Part shown: positions 30,959 to 41,170 of the stretch, piece after piece
Layout: the number at the start of each line of letters is the position of its first letter
Position numbering within the stretch: the stretch's first letter is position 1
Assembly: GCA_963755125.1 (NCBI GenBank)
Contig: CAVWIP010000011.1
Coordinates: 32,001 to 96,000 of the forward strand
Direction: 5' to 3'
DNA length: 64,000 nucleotides
Source: an uncultured delta proteobacterium
Lineage (GTDB): Bacteria; Myxococcota_A; Polyangia; Fen-1088
Translations under genes and position numbers: made by a program
The notes under the pieces: model-generated
Database searches by the model: none
Seen by the model: the letters and a program-made list of their open reading frames with translations, nothing else
Told to the model about the DNA's origin: nothing

Positions 30959-32641
30959 ATGGTTGACAAGTTTCCCTTCCGACGGCGCGGGGCTCTCTGG
31001 CTGTTTGCCGCGATCTTCTGCATCTACATGCTCTCCATGAGCCGCGAGCGGCCGTGGGGCGACGCCACCCCGCTGTGGGAGGTCGCGGACAGCATCGCCC
31101 AGCAAGGCACCATCGCCATCAAGACCCGCTGGCCCGCGACGCTCCCCCTCGGGCGAGGCGGCAAGGTCTACGGCGTGGCCCCGATTCTGCAGGCGGCGAT
31201 TCACATTCCTGGCGCTGTGCTACAACGTCTGGCGCACAAACATCTCCCGCAGCAAGCGCAGCTCGCGTGGCGCTTCACCTGCCACCTGGCGCCCGTCCTT
31301 CTGGGGGCCCTGACCTGCGTGCTCTTCTTCGGCATCTGCCGCCGCCTGGGCGCGGGGCCAGTGTCCGCGGCCCTGACCACCATCGCGCTCGGGTTGGGCA
31401 GCACGCTCTGGGTGTACTCGCGCTACACCTACTCGGAGGTTCTGCAAACCGCGTGTTTCACCGGCTTCTTCGCGCAACTGCTTGAAACGCAGAGAAATCC
31501 CTCGCGTCGCAGCGGCGCGCTGTTGGGAATGTGGGCCGGGCTGCTGGTCAATGCCAAGTACATCTACATCATCTCTGCGGCAGGCGGAGCCATCTATCTG
31601 GTGGCGGCGCTGCGGGGACGATGGCGGATCCTGCTGGAAACAGCCGTGGCGGCCATGGTCGCGGCGTTGCCCTTCGCGGCCCTAGTCTTGCTCTACAACT
31701 ATGCACGATGGGGCGACCCCTTCGCGGCTGGATACGACCTATCCAGCGATGCCGGCATTCGCGAAAACGTCGCCGTCGGTCTGTGGGGCATGTTCCTCTC
31801 GCCCGGCAAGAGCGTGTTCCTGTACAGTCCGCCGCTGCTGGCGGGCCTGATCGGTCTTCCTCGCGCCATCCGCCGCTGGCCGCACTTCCTGCCGGCGGTG
31901 CTTCTCACCGTCGCGCCCCCGGTTCTGGTCTATGCCCGTCTGATCTTCTGGAGCGGCGACTACGCCTGGGGGCCCCGCTATCTGGTCTTTGCCGTGCCGG
32001 TCATGCTGCTGCCCGCCTGCTTGCTGGTCGACGACCTTGTGCTGGCGGCGCGCAGTCGTAGGCGCGTCCTGGCCGCCGGGGCGCTCGGCGGCCTGCTGCT
32101 GGCAGGCGGCTTTGTGCAGTACCTGGGCAACGCCTTCTACTGGGATCACTACATCCGCATCCAGATCGAGGCCTCCCGCGCCTGGCTGGGCACGCCACCC
32201 CCAAACGGTAACTGCCTGGGCGAGGGCCCGCACGGATCCGCAGCTTGTTTCGAGGCCATGCACCCCATGCAATGGCTCCCGCCCTTCCAGCCCATCGTGG
32301 GCCACTACTGGATGCTTCGCCACGTGCCCAAGGACGACAACTGGACGGTCGCCGAGAAGGATGCCCCCTGGCATCGATACACGCCCGCCCAGATCATCAC
32401 CGCCCCAAGCTGGAACCGCGCCCGCGTCGACTGGTGGTTCGTCGAGTTCCGTCACTCGAACCCACGGGTTTCATGGGTCCTTGTCTTGCTGCTACCACTG
32501 TTGGCGTTGCTGTCCTTCGCGCTCTTCTTCCGTGAGGTGCTCCACGCTGCTCGCAGCAGCGGAACTGGCGCAGGATCGTCCCCTCTCCCACCGCTCAGGC
32601 CGCGCGAGCCCTACGACCCAGCCTTGACCGCCTCGACGTAG
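30959..32641 (+). CDS. Polytopic membrane protein, GT-C (lipid-carrier-dependent) glycosyltransferase-like
   Basis: Many TM segments, N-terminal WGD, SPGKSVFLYSP, WGPRYL motifs. Confidence 0.7.
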   Translation: MVDKFPFRRRGALWLFAAIFCIYMLSMSRERPWGDATPLWEVADSIAQQGTIAIKTRWPATLPLGRGGKVYGVAPILQAAIHIPGAVLQRLAHKHLPQQAQLAWRFTCHLAPVLLGALTCVLFFGICRRLGAGPVSAALTTIALGLGSTLWVYSRYTYSEVLQTACFTGFFAQLLETQRNPSRRSGALLGMWAGLLVNAKYIYIISAAGGAIYLVAALRGRWRILLETAVAAMVAALPFAALVLLYNYARWGDPFAAGYDLSSDAGIRENVAVGLWGMFLSPGKSVFLYSPPLLAGLIGLPRAIRRWPHFLPAVLLTVAPPVLVYARLIFWSGDYAWGPRYLVFAVPVMLLPACLLVDDLVLAARSRRRVLAAGALGGLLLAGGFVQYLGNAFYWDHYIRIQIEASRAWLGTPPPNGNCLGEGPHGSAACFEAMHPMQWLPPFQPIVGHYWMLRHVPKDDNWTVAEKDAPWHRYTPAQIITAPSWNRARVDWWFVEFRHSNPRVSWVLVLLLPLLALLSFALFFREVLHAARSSGTGAGSSPLPPLRPREPYDPALTAST

Positions 32642-33042
32642 CGCAGTCGCAAGTCGTAGAGAAGACTGTCCAGCAGCTTGTCCTCTTCAGGGGTGAGGTT
32701 GGACTGGGTCTTCTCCCGTAGCAGCGTGAGCAGGTCGATGGTGTGCTTGGCCATGGGCAGGTCCCGCTGCTTGGCGGTCTCTCCCGGTGGCTCAATTTCG
32801 CCCATGTGGATCAGCGCCGAGCTACCCAGCGACAGGATAAAGGTGGAGAAATCCGCCGGCGGCAACCCACGGGCGCTGTCCGCTCTTTCTCGCAAGCCGT
32901 CGCCAGAGTGGGGCTCGTTTTCGGGCGCTGATGGCCCGCCCCGTGGGACTTGTGCGGCCGGCCCCGCCTGGGTCTCGTCGCTTTCGGAAAAAGACCGGCG
33001 ATCCGTCACTGTGAAGCCAGGCTTGTGTTCGGAGTCCGACAT
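32611..33042 (-). CDS. DUF1844 family protein
   Basis: FSTFILSL..SAL..MG, AKHTIDLL.LL.EKT..NL...E..LL...LYDLRLRYV. Confidence 0.9.
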   Translation of the reverse strand: MSDSEHKPGFTVTDRRSFSESDETQAGPAAQVPRGGPSAPENEPHSGDGLRERADSARGLPPADFSTFILSLGSSALIHMGEIEPPGETAKQRDLPMAKHTIDLLTLLREKTQSNLTPEEDKLLDSLLYDLRLRYVEAVKAGS

Positions 33043-33085
33043 ACGGAAAGGCTACGCAGCCAAGCGCCTGCTTTCAAGAGTTGCG

Positions 33086-33310
33086 CTACTCGGGAATGCC
33101 GTGGGGCGCGGGAGGCGGAGTGCTTCCCCCCTCCGGGGTCGAACCCACCTGGGCGGCCTCGTCGGGCGACCTGATGTTGTCCGAGGCATCCGGCCGTGAC
33201 TTCAAGAACTTCTCGTAGTCCTTGCGCGTGATGAGTCCGCGCTTGATGTTGCGTTCGACGATCCGGCGATCGAATAGGCTGGGATCCGGGGCTTCTTCGT
33301 CACGAGTCAT
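33086..33310 (-). CDS. Small conserved hypothetical protein
   Basis: FDRRIVERNIKRGLITRKDYEKFLKS.PD; co-oriented with the DUF1844 gene. Confidence 0.75.
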   Translation of the reverse strand: MTRDEEAPDPSLFDRRIVERNIKRGLITRKDYEKFLKSRPDASDNIRSPDEAAQVGSTPEGGSTPPPAPHGIPE

Positions 33311-33390
33311 TGCGCACAGTGCTTAGCGAGTGCGCTGGCGCAAGTCAAGGGCACTGATTTCGCCGACGAGCACGCTACAATGGGGCCACC

Positions 33391-34644
33391 ATGACCGTAA
33401 CCTTGGCCAGCAACTCGGACAACCCAAACTTCCTCCGCCAGCTTCGGCTCTTCCTGGAGGAGATCTGCTGTGACATTTGCCGCGTGCACGCCGTCCAACA
33501 CGACGGCGCCCAAGCCGACGAGGTCGATGTGGCCCGCGAGGTCGACCTGGGCGCGCCGGGCGCGTTCGCCGACATGCTGGTGCGCCGGCCAGGACGACCG
33601 CCCTACTTTCTCGAGGTCAAGTACGGTTACGCCAGCGACCGCTTGGTCCATCATCTCCAACACAAGTACGGAACGCCATCCACCACGGTGCCCGATGCCG
33701 ACCGCGTGGTTCTGCTCATCGACCGCACCGCGCGGCCAGAGTGGACCGCGCTTCTCGCGCGGCTGCGCGCCGCCATTCGCCCCGAACTGGAATTGGAGAT
33801 CTGGGACGAGCCCAGGCTGCGTGAGCTGATCGTCGAGTGCTTCAAGCTGGATCTGCCCGCCGTCACCGTCGAGAGCCTGACCGAGCTGCGCAGCGGCATC
33901 GACCAGGCCAAGTGGCACTGGGCCTTCGGCGATCGTCACGTCGCCAGCCCGCTCAAGTCATCGCTGCTCTGGCACTTCGGCTGGTCGCGCCTGCTGCAAC
34001 TTCACACCCTGTACGGCCTGACGCCCGAACGCATCCTGCCGCCGCAGCGCTACCACAACGTGGTGGTGATTCTGGCCGACCTTTCCTACTTTTCCAGCTT
34101 CGTGCGCGACACCCGCGACGACGAGATCATGCGCAGCGCCCTCACCTCGTTCTATTCCAACTCGCGCTACGCCATCATCAACTCGGGCGGCATGATGGGG
34201 CAGTTCGTGGGCGACGAGGTTCTGGCCCTGTTCGGCGTGCCCGAGCCCGAGGACAACGTCACCCAACGGGCGCTCGAGTGCGCGCGGGCGCTCCTGCAAA
34301 TCGGCAACTCGGTGTCCAACCGCTGGCAGCGACAGCTCGACCGGGTGCAACCCGCGGGCGGCGTGCACCTGGGCATCGCCATGGGCGACATCCATGTCGT
34401 GCTGTACCGGCCGTTCAGCCAGACCCACATCGGCGTGGTGGGTGACGCGGTCAATCTGTCGGCGCGCCTGCTGGCGGAGGCCGGGCCCAACGAAATGGTG
34501 GTGGCCAACACCTTCTACCAGAAGCTTCCCGAGGCAGTGCAAGCCGAGTTCAGCGAACTGGAACCGATCGAGGCCAAGAACGTGGGTCTCATCAAGGCCT
34601 GGAAGCTACACGGCCGCTCGCGCTTCTCCACCCGCGGGGCGTGA
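33391..34644 (+). CDS. Class III nucleotide cyclase with an N-terminal PD-(D/E)xK-like domain
   Basis: LADLSYFSS, FVGDEV, GDAVNLSARL cyclase motifs; N-terminal ADMLV...FLEVKY. Confidence 0.85.
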   Translation: MTVTLASNSDNPNFLRQLRLFLEEICCDICRVHAVQHDGAQADEVDVAREVDLGAPGAFADMLVRRPGRPPYFLEVKYGYASDRLVHHLQHKYGTPSTTVPDADRVVLLIDRTARPEWTALLARLRAAIRPELELEIWDEPRLRELIVECFKLDLPAVTVESLTELRSGIDQAKWHWAFGDRHVASPLKSSLLWHFGWSRLLQLHTLYGLTPERILPPQRYHNVVVILADLSYFSSFVRDTRDDEIMRSALTSFYSNSRYAIINSGGMMGQFVGDEVLALFGVPEPEDNVTQRALECARALLQIGNSVSNRWQRQLDRVQPAGGVHLGIAMGDIHVVLYRPFSQTHIGVVGDAVNLSARLLAEAGPNEMVVANTFYQKLPEAVQAEFSELEPIEAKNVGLIKAWKLHGRSRFSTRGA

Positions 34645-34849
34645 GCCCGACTCCAGGCGACGCGAACCTTCACTGGTCCCGCGAGGTCACATGGGCTCGC
34701 ATCCGGTCATCCGCTCCACCGAAGAACATCGTCGCGGAACTTGCCGAAATGGTATCCCTTGCGTAGCGTACGCTCCTCCAAGCGTCCTCGAACTGTTCCC
34801 AATTCCCCGCGCAGCGGGGTTCTGTAGTTTTAAGTAGAGGAGTGTGTTC

Positions 34850-36124
34850 ATGAAGTTTCCTCCTACCCCAGTTCTCGCCTTGCTTGCGCTTGGGGGAGCG
34901 TGCGCTCTGGCTCCTCCAGCATCCCATTCTGGACAGGGCGGAGACACGGACCCGATCACGCAAAGCAGCGCCGCGAGCGGGGGAGCAGGCTCTTCGAGTG
35001 GAAGCACGAGTGCCACCTCGGCCTCCGGGGGAGCCACGGCCCATGGAGGGTCGACAGTGACAGGGGGCACCTCGGCGACTGCGGGCAGCACGTCGACGGG
35101 CGGCGCGACTGCGACCGGCGGAACCACGGCCGGGAGCAGCACGTCGGCCGGCGGGTCGGCGTCTGGGGGCACGGCGACCGGTGGCACCAGCGCCAGAGGC
35201 GGAACCACGACGACCGGCGGAACTTCGACTGGCGGCGCATTCACGGCCGGCACCACGGCCGGCGGCTCAGGCTCAGGGGGCACCAGGGCGACCTCCGGAG
35301 GCACCACCTCCAGCGGCGGCACCACCTCCAGCGGCGGAACCACCGCCAGCGGCGGGACCACCGCCAGAGGCGGAACCACGGCGACCGGTGGCACGTCCAC
35401 CGGTGGCACCGGCGGCACGTCCAGCTCTCCTGGCGGCACACACGCTCAACCGCCGCCCATCACCAATGGAACCAGCGGTTTCACCACCCGTTACTGGGAC
35501 TGCTGCAAGCCTTCCTGCGGCTGGGCTGCCAACGCCAACAACAAACCAGTCTCCACCTGTGGCAAGGACGGCGTCTCGACGGCCGACGGCAACACACAAA
35601 GCGCATGCAGCGGCGGGAGCGCATACATGTGCTACTGGGGTGCGCCCTGGGCGGTGAGCAACACCTTGTCCTACGGCTTTGCCGCCTTCAATGGCGTCGC
35701 CTGCGGCACTTGCTTCCAGCTCCAGTTCACCGGCAAGGGGGAATACAACGCCAGCGACCCAGGGTCAAACGCCCTCAACGGCAAAACGATGATTGTCCAG
35801 GTCATCAACATCGGAGGCATCGCTGCCAACCAGTTCGACCTTCTCATCCCCGGCGGCGGCGTGGGCGCGAACAACGCCTGTACCGCCAGCCCAGCCCAAT
35901 GGGGCAGCGCCAACATCGGCGATCAAAACGGGGGCATGCTCACCACCTGCAAGGACAGCGGGTCGTGCGTCCAGCAGATGTGCCAAGCCGCATTCGGCAG
36001 CATTCCTGAGTTGTTGGCTGGCTGTAACTGGGTTACCACCTGGTTCGACGACGCAGAAGATCCCCAGATTGTGTACCAGCAGGTCGCCTGCCCGGCGGAT
36101 CTGACCGCCAAGTCGGGGGAGTAG
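34850..36124 (+). CDS. GH45 endoglucanase lipoprotein with a Gly/Thr/Ser linker
   Basis: TTRYWDCCKPSCGW, CGTCFQLQF, MIVQVIN, QFDLLIPGGGVG, QVACP; lipobox GGAC. Confidence 0.93.
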   Translation: MKFPPTPVLALLALGGACALAPPASHSGQGGDTDPITQSSAASGGAGSSSGSTSATSASGGATAHGGSTVTGGTSATAGSTSTGGATATGGTTAGSSTSAGGSASGGTATGGTSARGGTTTTGGTSTGGAFTAGTTAGGSGSGGTRATSGGTTSSGGTTSSGGTTASGGTTARGGTTATGGTSTGGTGGTSSSPGGTHAQPPPITNGTSGFTTRYWDCCKPSCGWAANANNKPVSTCGKDGVSTADGNTQSACSGGSAYMCYWGAPWAVSNTLSYGFAAFNGVACGTCFQLQFTGKGEYNASDPGSNALNGKTMIVQVINIGGIAANQFDLLIPGGGVGANNACTASPAQWGSANIGDQNGGMLTTCKDSGSCVQQMCQAAFGSIPELLAGCNWVTTWFDDAEDPQIVYQQVACPADLTAKSGE

Positions 36125-36126
36125 TC

Positions 36127-37449
36127 ATCACGCGCTCTCTTGTCCTTGCGCTCGCCGTGCTTCTGACGGGCTGTGGTCAGGGATCCCATTCAGGGCGCGG
36201 GCAAGACGGCGCCGCCGATCTTGGCCGCTCGGTGGGCCCCGACGGACAGAGCAACCCCGAGGTCGGCGCCAGCCCGGACAGCGCACCGGATCGCGTTTCA
36301 ACGATTGACAGGGGCAGCGGCCCTGACCAGGCGGCGGACATCGGCACCGTTTCCGATTTGGCCACCGACGGAGCAACAGGTTCCGATCTGGTTGCGGACC
36401 TCAACGCCGCCGCCGACCTGGCTGCGGATCGGGCGACGACTACCGACTCGGCCGGCGCAGACGCGGGGAGCGCTGCCACGGACTTGGCCGTCGAGGGTCC
36501 CGGACCGGACGGGTTGACCGAGAGTGGCTGCGCACTGGCCGACAACATTTCCATCGGGAATTTGCCGCCTATCAGCTTTGCCGCCTATCACGATGAGCCG
36601 CAGATCGAGTCCTACCTGCAGGCCGTGGCCGCAGCCTTTCCCGCCATCGCCACATACATGGTGAACGGCCAATCGGTGCAAGGCCGTGACATTCCCTATC
36701 TCATCATCAATGCAACCTGCCAGGCCAGCCCGCCCGCCATCTTCACCAATGGGACTCATCATGGCGACGAACCATCCAGCACCGAATCGGTCCTGGCCAT
36801 CCCCGACTATCTCCTGCGAAACAGCGCCACCGATTCGTCGGTGCGCAGCCTGCTTGAAACCTACGCCTTCTACGTGCTGCCCCTGGTGAACCCGGATGGA
36901 TTCGCCTTGGATACCCGATACAACGCAGATGGGCTGGACATCAACCGCGACTACTCGTACCCGCTGCGCAGCGATGCGGACTCGTTCCAGACGGTCGAAG
37001 CCCAGCATATGAAGTCCCTGCAAGAGAGCGTCGGTTTCCACGCGGCCATCGCGTATCACAGTGGCGCGGAAGAGGTGCTGTGGCCCTGGTGCTACACCGG
37101 CGATGCCACAGTCGACGCCGGCTTCTTCACCGCCGCCGGACAGCAGACCGCCCAGGCGATGAGTTTCACCGTTTTCCAGCAGTCCTACGACGACTATCCA
37201 ACCCAGGGCGAATACATCGACTTTGCCTATTGGAAGAGCAATACCCTGGCTGCCACCTTTGAAGTGTCGATGGACAAAGCGCCGAGCGTCGCTTTGCTTG
37301 CCGGCGTGGTCGACGGCGCGTTGAAGGGGACCCTGGCCTGGGTCCAGGCGGTGAGCGATCACGACAACGGCAGCTTGCACGCCGTGCCCGCGGTGCGCCT
37401 GCGCTTCCCGCTGACCGCACCGTTTGACGGGACGAACCGGCTCGAATAG
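36127..37449 (+). CDS. M14 zinc carboxypeptidase lipoprotein
   Basis: HHGDE (HxxE), NPDG, RYN..G.DINRDY, YHSG, FEV; lipobox LTGC. Start uncertain (ATC 36127 or GTG 36157). Confidence 0.88.
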   Translation: MTRSLVLALAVLLTGCGQGSHSGRGQDGAADLGRSVGPDGQSNPEVGASPDSAPDRVSTIDRGSGPDQAADIGTVSDLATDGATGSDLVADLNAAADLAADRATTTDSAGADAGSAATDLAVEGPGPDGLTESGCALADNISIGNLPPISFAAYHDEPQIESYLQAVAAAFPAIATYMVNGQSVQGRDIPYLIINATCQASPPAIFTNGTHHGDEPSSTESVLAIPDYLLRNSATDSSVRSLLETYAFYVLPLVNPDGFALDTRYNADGLDINRDYSYPLRSDADSFQTVEAQHMKSLQESVGFHAAIAYHSGAEEVLWPWCYTGDATVDAGFFTAAGQQTAQAMSFTVFQQSYDDYPTQGEYIDFAYWKSNTLAATFEVSMDKAPSVALLAGVVDGALKGTLAWVQAVSDHDNGSLHAVPAVRLRFPLTAPFDGTNRLE

Positions 37450-37514
37450 CGCCGGTCCCGTCCGACTGCACTTTTTCCACACAACCTTGCGCTTCGGCTT
37501 CCGATAAGCCTGGC

Positions 37515-38552
37515 ATGCTTCGCACCAGCCAGGTCGAGTCCCTCCTGCAGCCGGTCGCCTCGGCGACTCCCTGCGGGGCTGACCTCGAGTACGATCCCGC
37601 CTTCCTGGATCTGGAGCGCCTGATCCGAGGCAGGCCCGAGCAGCAAATGGGGAGCGCTGTCGTACCGGCACATGAGCCCGACTGGAACGCCATTGCCGGG
37701 TGCGCCGCCGCACTCTTGAGCAAGACCAAGGATCTGCGCGTTGCCTTTCACCTGACTCTGGCGTGGCTCAACCGTGACGGGTTCGCGGGTCTGCGCGATG
37801 GGCTGGCTGTGCTGCGCGGGCTTGCCGAGCGCTACTGGGACGGTCTCTTCCCGCGGCTGGAGCCCGACGAGCAGAACGATCCTACCTTCCGGGTCAACAT
37901 TCTCATGGGCCTGTGCGATCCAGCGACGATCACGGAGCGCGTCCGTGCACTGCCCCTGGTGGCTTCGCGATCCTTTGGTCGATTCAGCCTGCGGGATCTC
38001 GCCATCGCGTCCGGTGAACTGCCGCCTGCGCCCAGCGCCACAGCCCCGACAACCACTGCGATCGAGGGGGCCTTTGCCGAAAGCGCGGTCGCCGATCTGC
38101 AGGCCACCACCGCCAGCCTGCGGGAATCTCTCGAACACCTGACTGCGCTCGAGACGACGGTTGCCTCGCACATGGGCGTTGCCCAAGCACCCAGCTTCGC
38201 GAAATTGTCTATGCTGCTGGGGCAAGCCCACAGGATCTTGGCCACTCGTCTCGGACTGCGCGGCGTGAAACCGGCGTCCCTGGCAGGTGACTCGGCCAGC
38301 ACGGCGGTGATTGCCGACCCGGCTGCATCAGCACCACCCGCGCTGACAGGGGCTGTGACCTCCCGGGATGAAGTGGCTCGCCTGCTTGACCGGATTTGCG
38401 AGTACTACGAGCGGGCCGAACCGTCCAGCCCCCTGCCGCTCTTGCTGCAAAGGTGCAAGCGATTGGTGTCGGCAACTTTCCTGGACATCGTTCGTGACGT
38501 CGCGCCGGGCGCTGTCGCTCAGGTGGACAGTTTGCGCGGCAAGGACAGCTAA
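37515..38552 (+). CDS. tssA: T6SS TssA (ImpA_N domain)
   Basis: LLQPV..PCG.DLEYD..F, PDW, KTKDLRV, YYERAEPSSPLP. Confidence 0.95.
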   Translation: MLRTSQVESLLQPVASATPCGADLEYDPAFLDLERLIRGRPEQQMGSAVVPAHEPDWNAIAGCAAALLSKTKDLRVAFHLTLAWLNRDGFAGLRDGLAVLRGLAERYWDGLFPRLEPDEQNDPTFRVNILMGLCDPATITERVRALPLVASRSFGRFSLRDLAIASGELPPAPSATAPTTTAIEGAFAESAVADLQATTASLRESLEHLTALETTVASHMGVAQAPSFAKLSMLLGQAHRILATRLGLRGVKPASLAGDSASTAVIADPAASAPPALTGAVTSRDEVARLLDRICEYYERAEPSSPLPLLLQRCKRLVSATFLDIVRDVAPGAVAQVDSLRGKDS

Positions 38553-38614
38553 GCAAGGGCCCAATCGCAGGAAGACAGCATCCAGGTCTCACAACTCGGA
38601 GATAGGGGAACACC

Positions 38615-39139
38615 ATGAGCAACAGCGGACAGAAATTCATCGCGCGCAATCGCGCACCACGCGTCCAGATCGAATACGACGTCGAGCTCTATGGGGCCGA
38701 GAAGAAGGTCCAGCTTCCCTTCGTCATGGGAGTGATGGCCGATCTTTCGGGCAACCCGGCTGAGCCGCTTCCGCCCGTGGCGGATCGAAAGCTGTTGGAG
38801 ATCTCGGTCGACAACTTCGACGATCGGCTCAAGGGGATGAAGCCGCGGGTGGCGCTCCAGGTTCCCAACACCTTGACCGGCGAGGGGAATCTCAGTGTGG
38901 ATCTCTGCTTCGAGAGTCTGGACGATTTCTCGCCCGCTGCCATCGCACGCAAGGTCGGGTCGCTCAACCAGCTTCTGCAGGCCCGACAGCAACTGTCCAA
39001 CCTGATCACGTACATGGATGGTCGCACCGGAGCCGAGGACCTGATCGCAAAGGCGCTGCACGATCTGGCGCTGCTCCAGGCGCTGGCCTCGGCGCCCAAA
39101 CCCGAGGACGGCGAGCCCGCAACCGGAAAGGACAAGTGA
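38615..39139 (+). CDS. tssB: T6SS contractile sheath small subunit
   Basis: RAPRVQIEYDVE...LPFVMGVMADLSG, F.SLDDFSP. Confidence 0.97.
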   Translation: MSNSGQKFIARNRAPRVQIEYDVELYGAEKKVQLPFVMGVMADLSGNPAEPLPPVADRKLLEISVDNFDDRLKGMKPRVALQVPNTLTGEGNLSVDLCFESLDDFSPAAIARKVGSLNQLLQARQQLSNLITYMDGRTGAEDLIAKALHDLALLQALASAPKPEDGEPATGKDK

Positions 39140-39148
39140 AGGTGACCC

Positions 39149-40645
39149 ATGGCTGATACACAAGAGAACACCCAGGCCCAGGCCGGCGCAGCAACCGCCC
39201 AGATTTCCGATTTCGAGGTTCTGCTCAACAAGCAGTTCAATCCCCAGACCGATACCGCCAAGCGCGAGGTCGAGAGTGCGGTGCGCACCCTGGCCCAGCA
39301 GGCGCTGGCCAGCACTCCGCTCATTTCGACCGACGTCGTGCAGAGCATCGAGGCGATGACCGCCGCCATCGACAGGAAGCTGAGCGAGCAGATCAACGCG
39401 ATCATGCATCACCCCGATTTCCAGCAGCTCGAAGGTACCTGGCGCGGTCTGCACCATCTGGTCTGCAACAGCGAGACTGATGACATGTTGAAGATCCGGG
39501 TGCTCAACGTCTCCAAGAAGGATCTGCACAAGACGCTGAAGCGCTTCAAAGGCGTGGCGTGGGACCAGAGCCCGGTGTTCAAAAAGCTCTATGAAGAGGA
39601 ATACGGGACGCTGGGAGGAGAACCATTCGGCTGTCTGGTAGGCGACTACTACTTCGATCACGGTCCACAGGACGTGGAGTTGCTGGGCGAAATGGCCAAG
39701 ATCGCAGCGGCGGGCCATGCCCCCTTCCTGGCGGCCGCGTCGCCCACCGTGTTCCAGATGGAATCCTGGCAGGAGCTCAGCAATCCGCGTGACCTGACCA
39801 AGATCTTCCAGATCCCCGAGTATGCCGGGTGGCGATCGCTGCGCGACTCGGACGACGCCCGCTACATTGGTCTGACCATGCCGCGCTTTCTCGCCCGGCG
39901 TCCCTACGGGGCCAAGACCAACCCGGTCGAGGCATTTGACTTCGAGGAGGATGCCAACGGACCCGACGCCAGGAAGTATACATGGGCCAACTCAGCCTAT
40001 GCTATGGCCGTCAACATCAACCGCTCCTTCAAGCTCTACGGTTGGTGCTCGCGCATTCGTGGCATCGAGTCGGGCGGCGACGTTCAGGGACTGCCCACCC
40101 ACACCTTTCCTACCGATGACGGCGGGGTCGATTTGCGCTGCCCGACCGAGATCGCCATCAGCGACCGGCGCGAGGCCGAGCTGGCCAAGAGCGGCTTCAT
40201 GCCTCTCGTGTACAAGAAGAACACCGACTTTGCCGCCTTCATCGGGGCGCAGTCCCTGCACAAGCCGGCACAGTACGACGACCCCGACGCGACCTCCAAC
40301 GCCGCGCTGGCCGCCCGACTGCCCTATCTGTTCGCCACCTGTCGTTTCGCCCACTACTTGAAGTGCATCGTCCGCGACAAGATTGGATCCTTCAAGGAAG
40401 CGGCGGATATGCAACGCTGGCTGCAGAACTGGATCGTCCAGTACGTAGATGGCGATCCGGCGCATTCCAGTGAGGCCACCAAGGCGCGCAAGCCCCTGGC
40501 GGCCGCGGAGGTGATCGTCGAGCCGGTCGAGGGCAATCCCGGCTACTACGCTTCCAAGTTCTTCCTTCGTCCCCACTACCAACTCGAAGGGCTGACCGTG
40601 TCTTTGCGACTGGTCGCGAAGCTTCCCTCGGCCAAGGCCGCGTGA
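39149..40645 (+). CDS. tssC: T6SS contractile sheath large subunit
   Basis: IMHHPDFQQLEGTWRGL, EEEYGTLGGEPFG, CPTEIAISDRREAEL, RPHYQLEG. Confidence 0.98.
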   Translation: MADTQENTQAQAGAATAQISDFEVLLNKQFNPQTDTAKREVESAVRTLAQQALASTPLISTDVVQSIEAMTAAIDRKLSEQINAIMHHPDFQQLEGTWRGLHHLVCNSETDDMLKIRVLNVSKKDLHKTLKRFKGVAWDQSPVFKKLYEEEYGTLGGEPFGCLVGDYYFDHGPQDVELLGEMAKIAAAGHAPFLAAASPTVFQMESWQELSNPRDLTKIFQIPEYAGWRSLRDSDDARYIGLTMPRFLARRPYGAKTNPVEAFDFEEDANGPDARKYTWANSAYAMAVNINRSFKLYGWCSRIRGIESGGDVQGLPTHTFPTDDGGVDLRCPTEIAISDRREAELAKSGFMPLVYKKNTDFAAFIGAQSLHKPAQYDDPDATSNAALAARLPYLFATCRFAHYLKCIVRDKIGSFKEAADMQRWLQNWIVQYVDGDPAHSSEATKARKPLAAAEVIVEPVEGNPGYYASKFFLRPHYQLEGLTVSLRLVAKLPSAKAA

Positions 40646-40681
40646 GTTCAGAAAACCGCAATCTAGCAAGGAGTCAGGAAA

Positions 40682-41161
40682 ATGGCGTTCACCATCTGCA
40701 TCAAGATCGGAGACATCCAGGGCGAATCGATCGTCGACAACCATAACGGTGAAATCGATGTGCTGTCGTGGAACTGGGGCCTCACCCAGTCCGCCTCAGG
40801 CCAGGTGGGAGGGGCCGGCTCCGGCACCGCCGACGTCCACGATCTCACCTTCACCAAATACGTCGACAATGCGTCGCCCACGCTCATTCAACAATGTTTC
40901 GAGGGCAGCAGCCAGGGAGAGGCCGTTCTCACCGTGATCAAGTCCAGCGGAAAAGATGCGCTGGAATTCATCAAGATCACCATGAGTGGAACCGTGATCA
41001 TCTCTTCGGTCAAGACTGGCGATCCCTTGCCCAATGACAGGTACTCCGAAACCGTGACCCTCAATTTCTCGCACCTCAAATTCGAGTACACGCCGCGCGC
41101 GCCGGGCGACAGCAAGGGCGCGACGGCGGTTGGGGAATTCGCGATTAGCCGGCAGGCATAA
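40682..41161 (+). CDS. hcp: T6SS tube protein Hcp
   Basis: IQGES...H.GEIDVLSWNWG, DLTFTKYVDNASP.L, ETVTLNF. Confidence 0.95.
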   Translation: MAFTICIKIGDIQGESIVDNHNGEIDVLSWNWGLTQSASGQVGGAGSGTADVHDLTFTKYVDNASPTLIQQCFEGSSQGEAVLTVIKSSGKDALEFIKITMSGTVIISSVKTGDPLPNDRYSETVTLNFSHLKFEYTPRAPGDSKGATAVGEFAISRQA

Positions 41162-41170
41162 CATCACACC

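Noticed and set aside
32611..32641. 31-nt convergent overlap of the GT-C-like and DUF1844 genes
   Set aside because: Short 3' overlaps are common in GC-rich genomes, and the overlapping tail is low complexity.
34960..35440. Gly/Thr/Ser repeats (also 22610-22810 and 60890-61220) as RiPP cores
   Set aside because: They are generic low-complexity linkers between the lipobox and the catalytic domain, with no conserved cassette structure.
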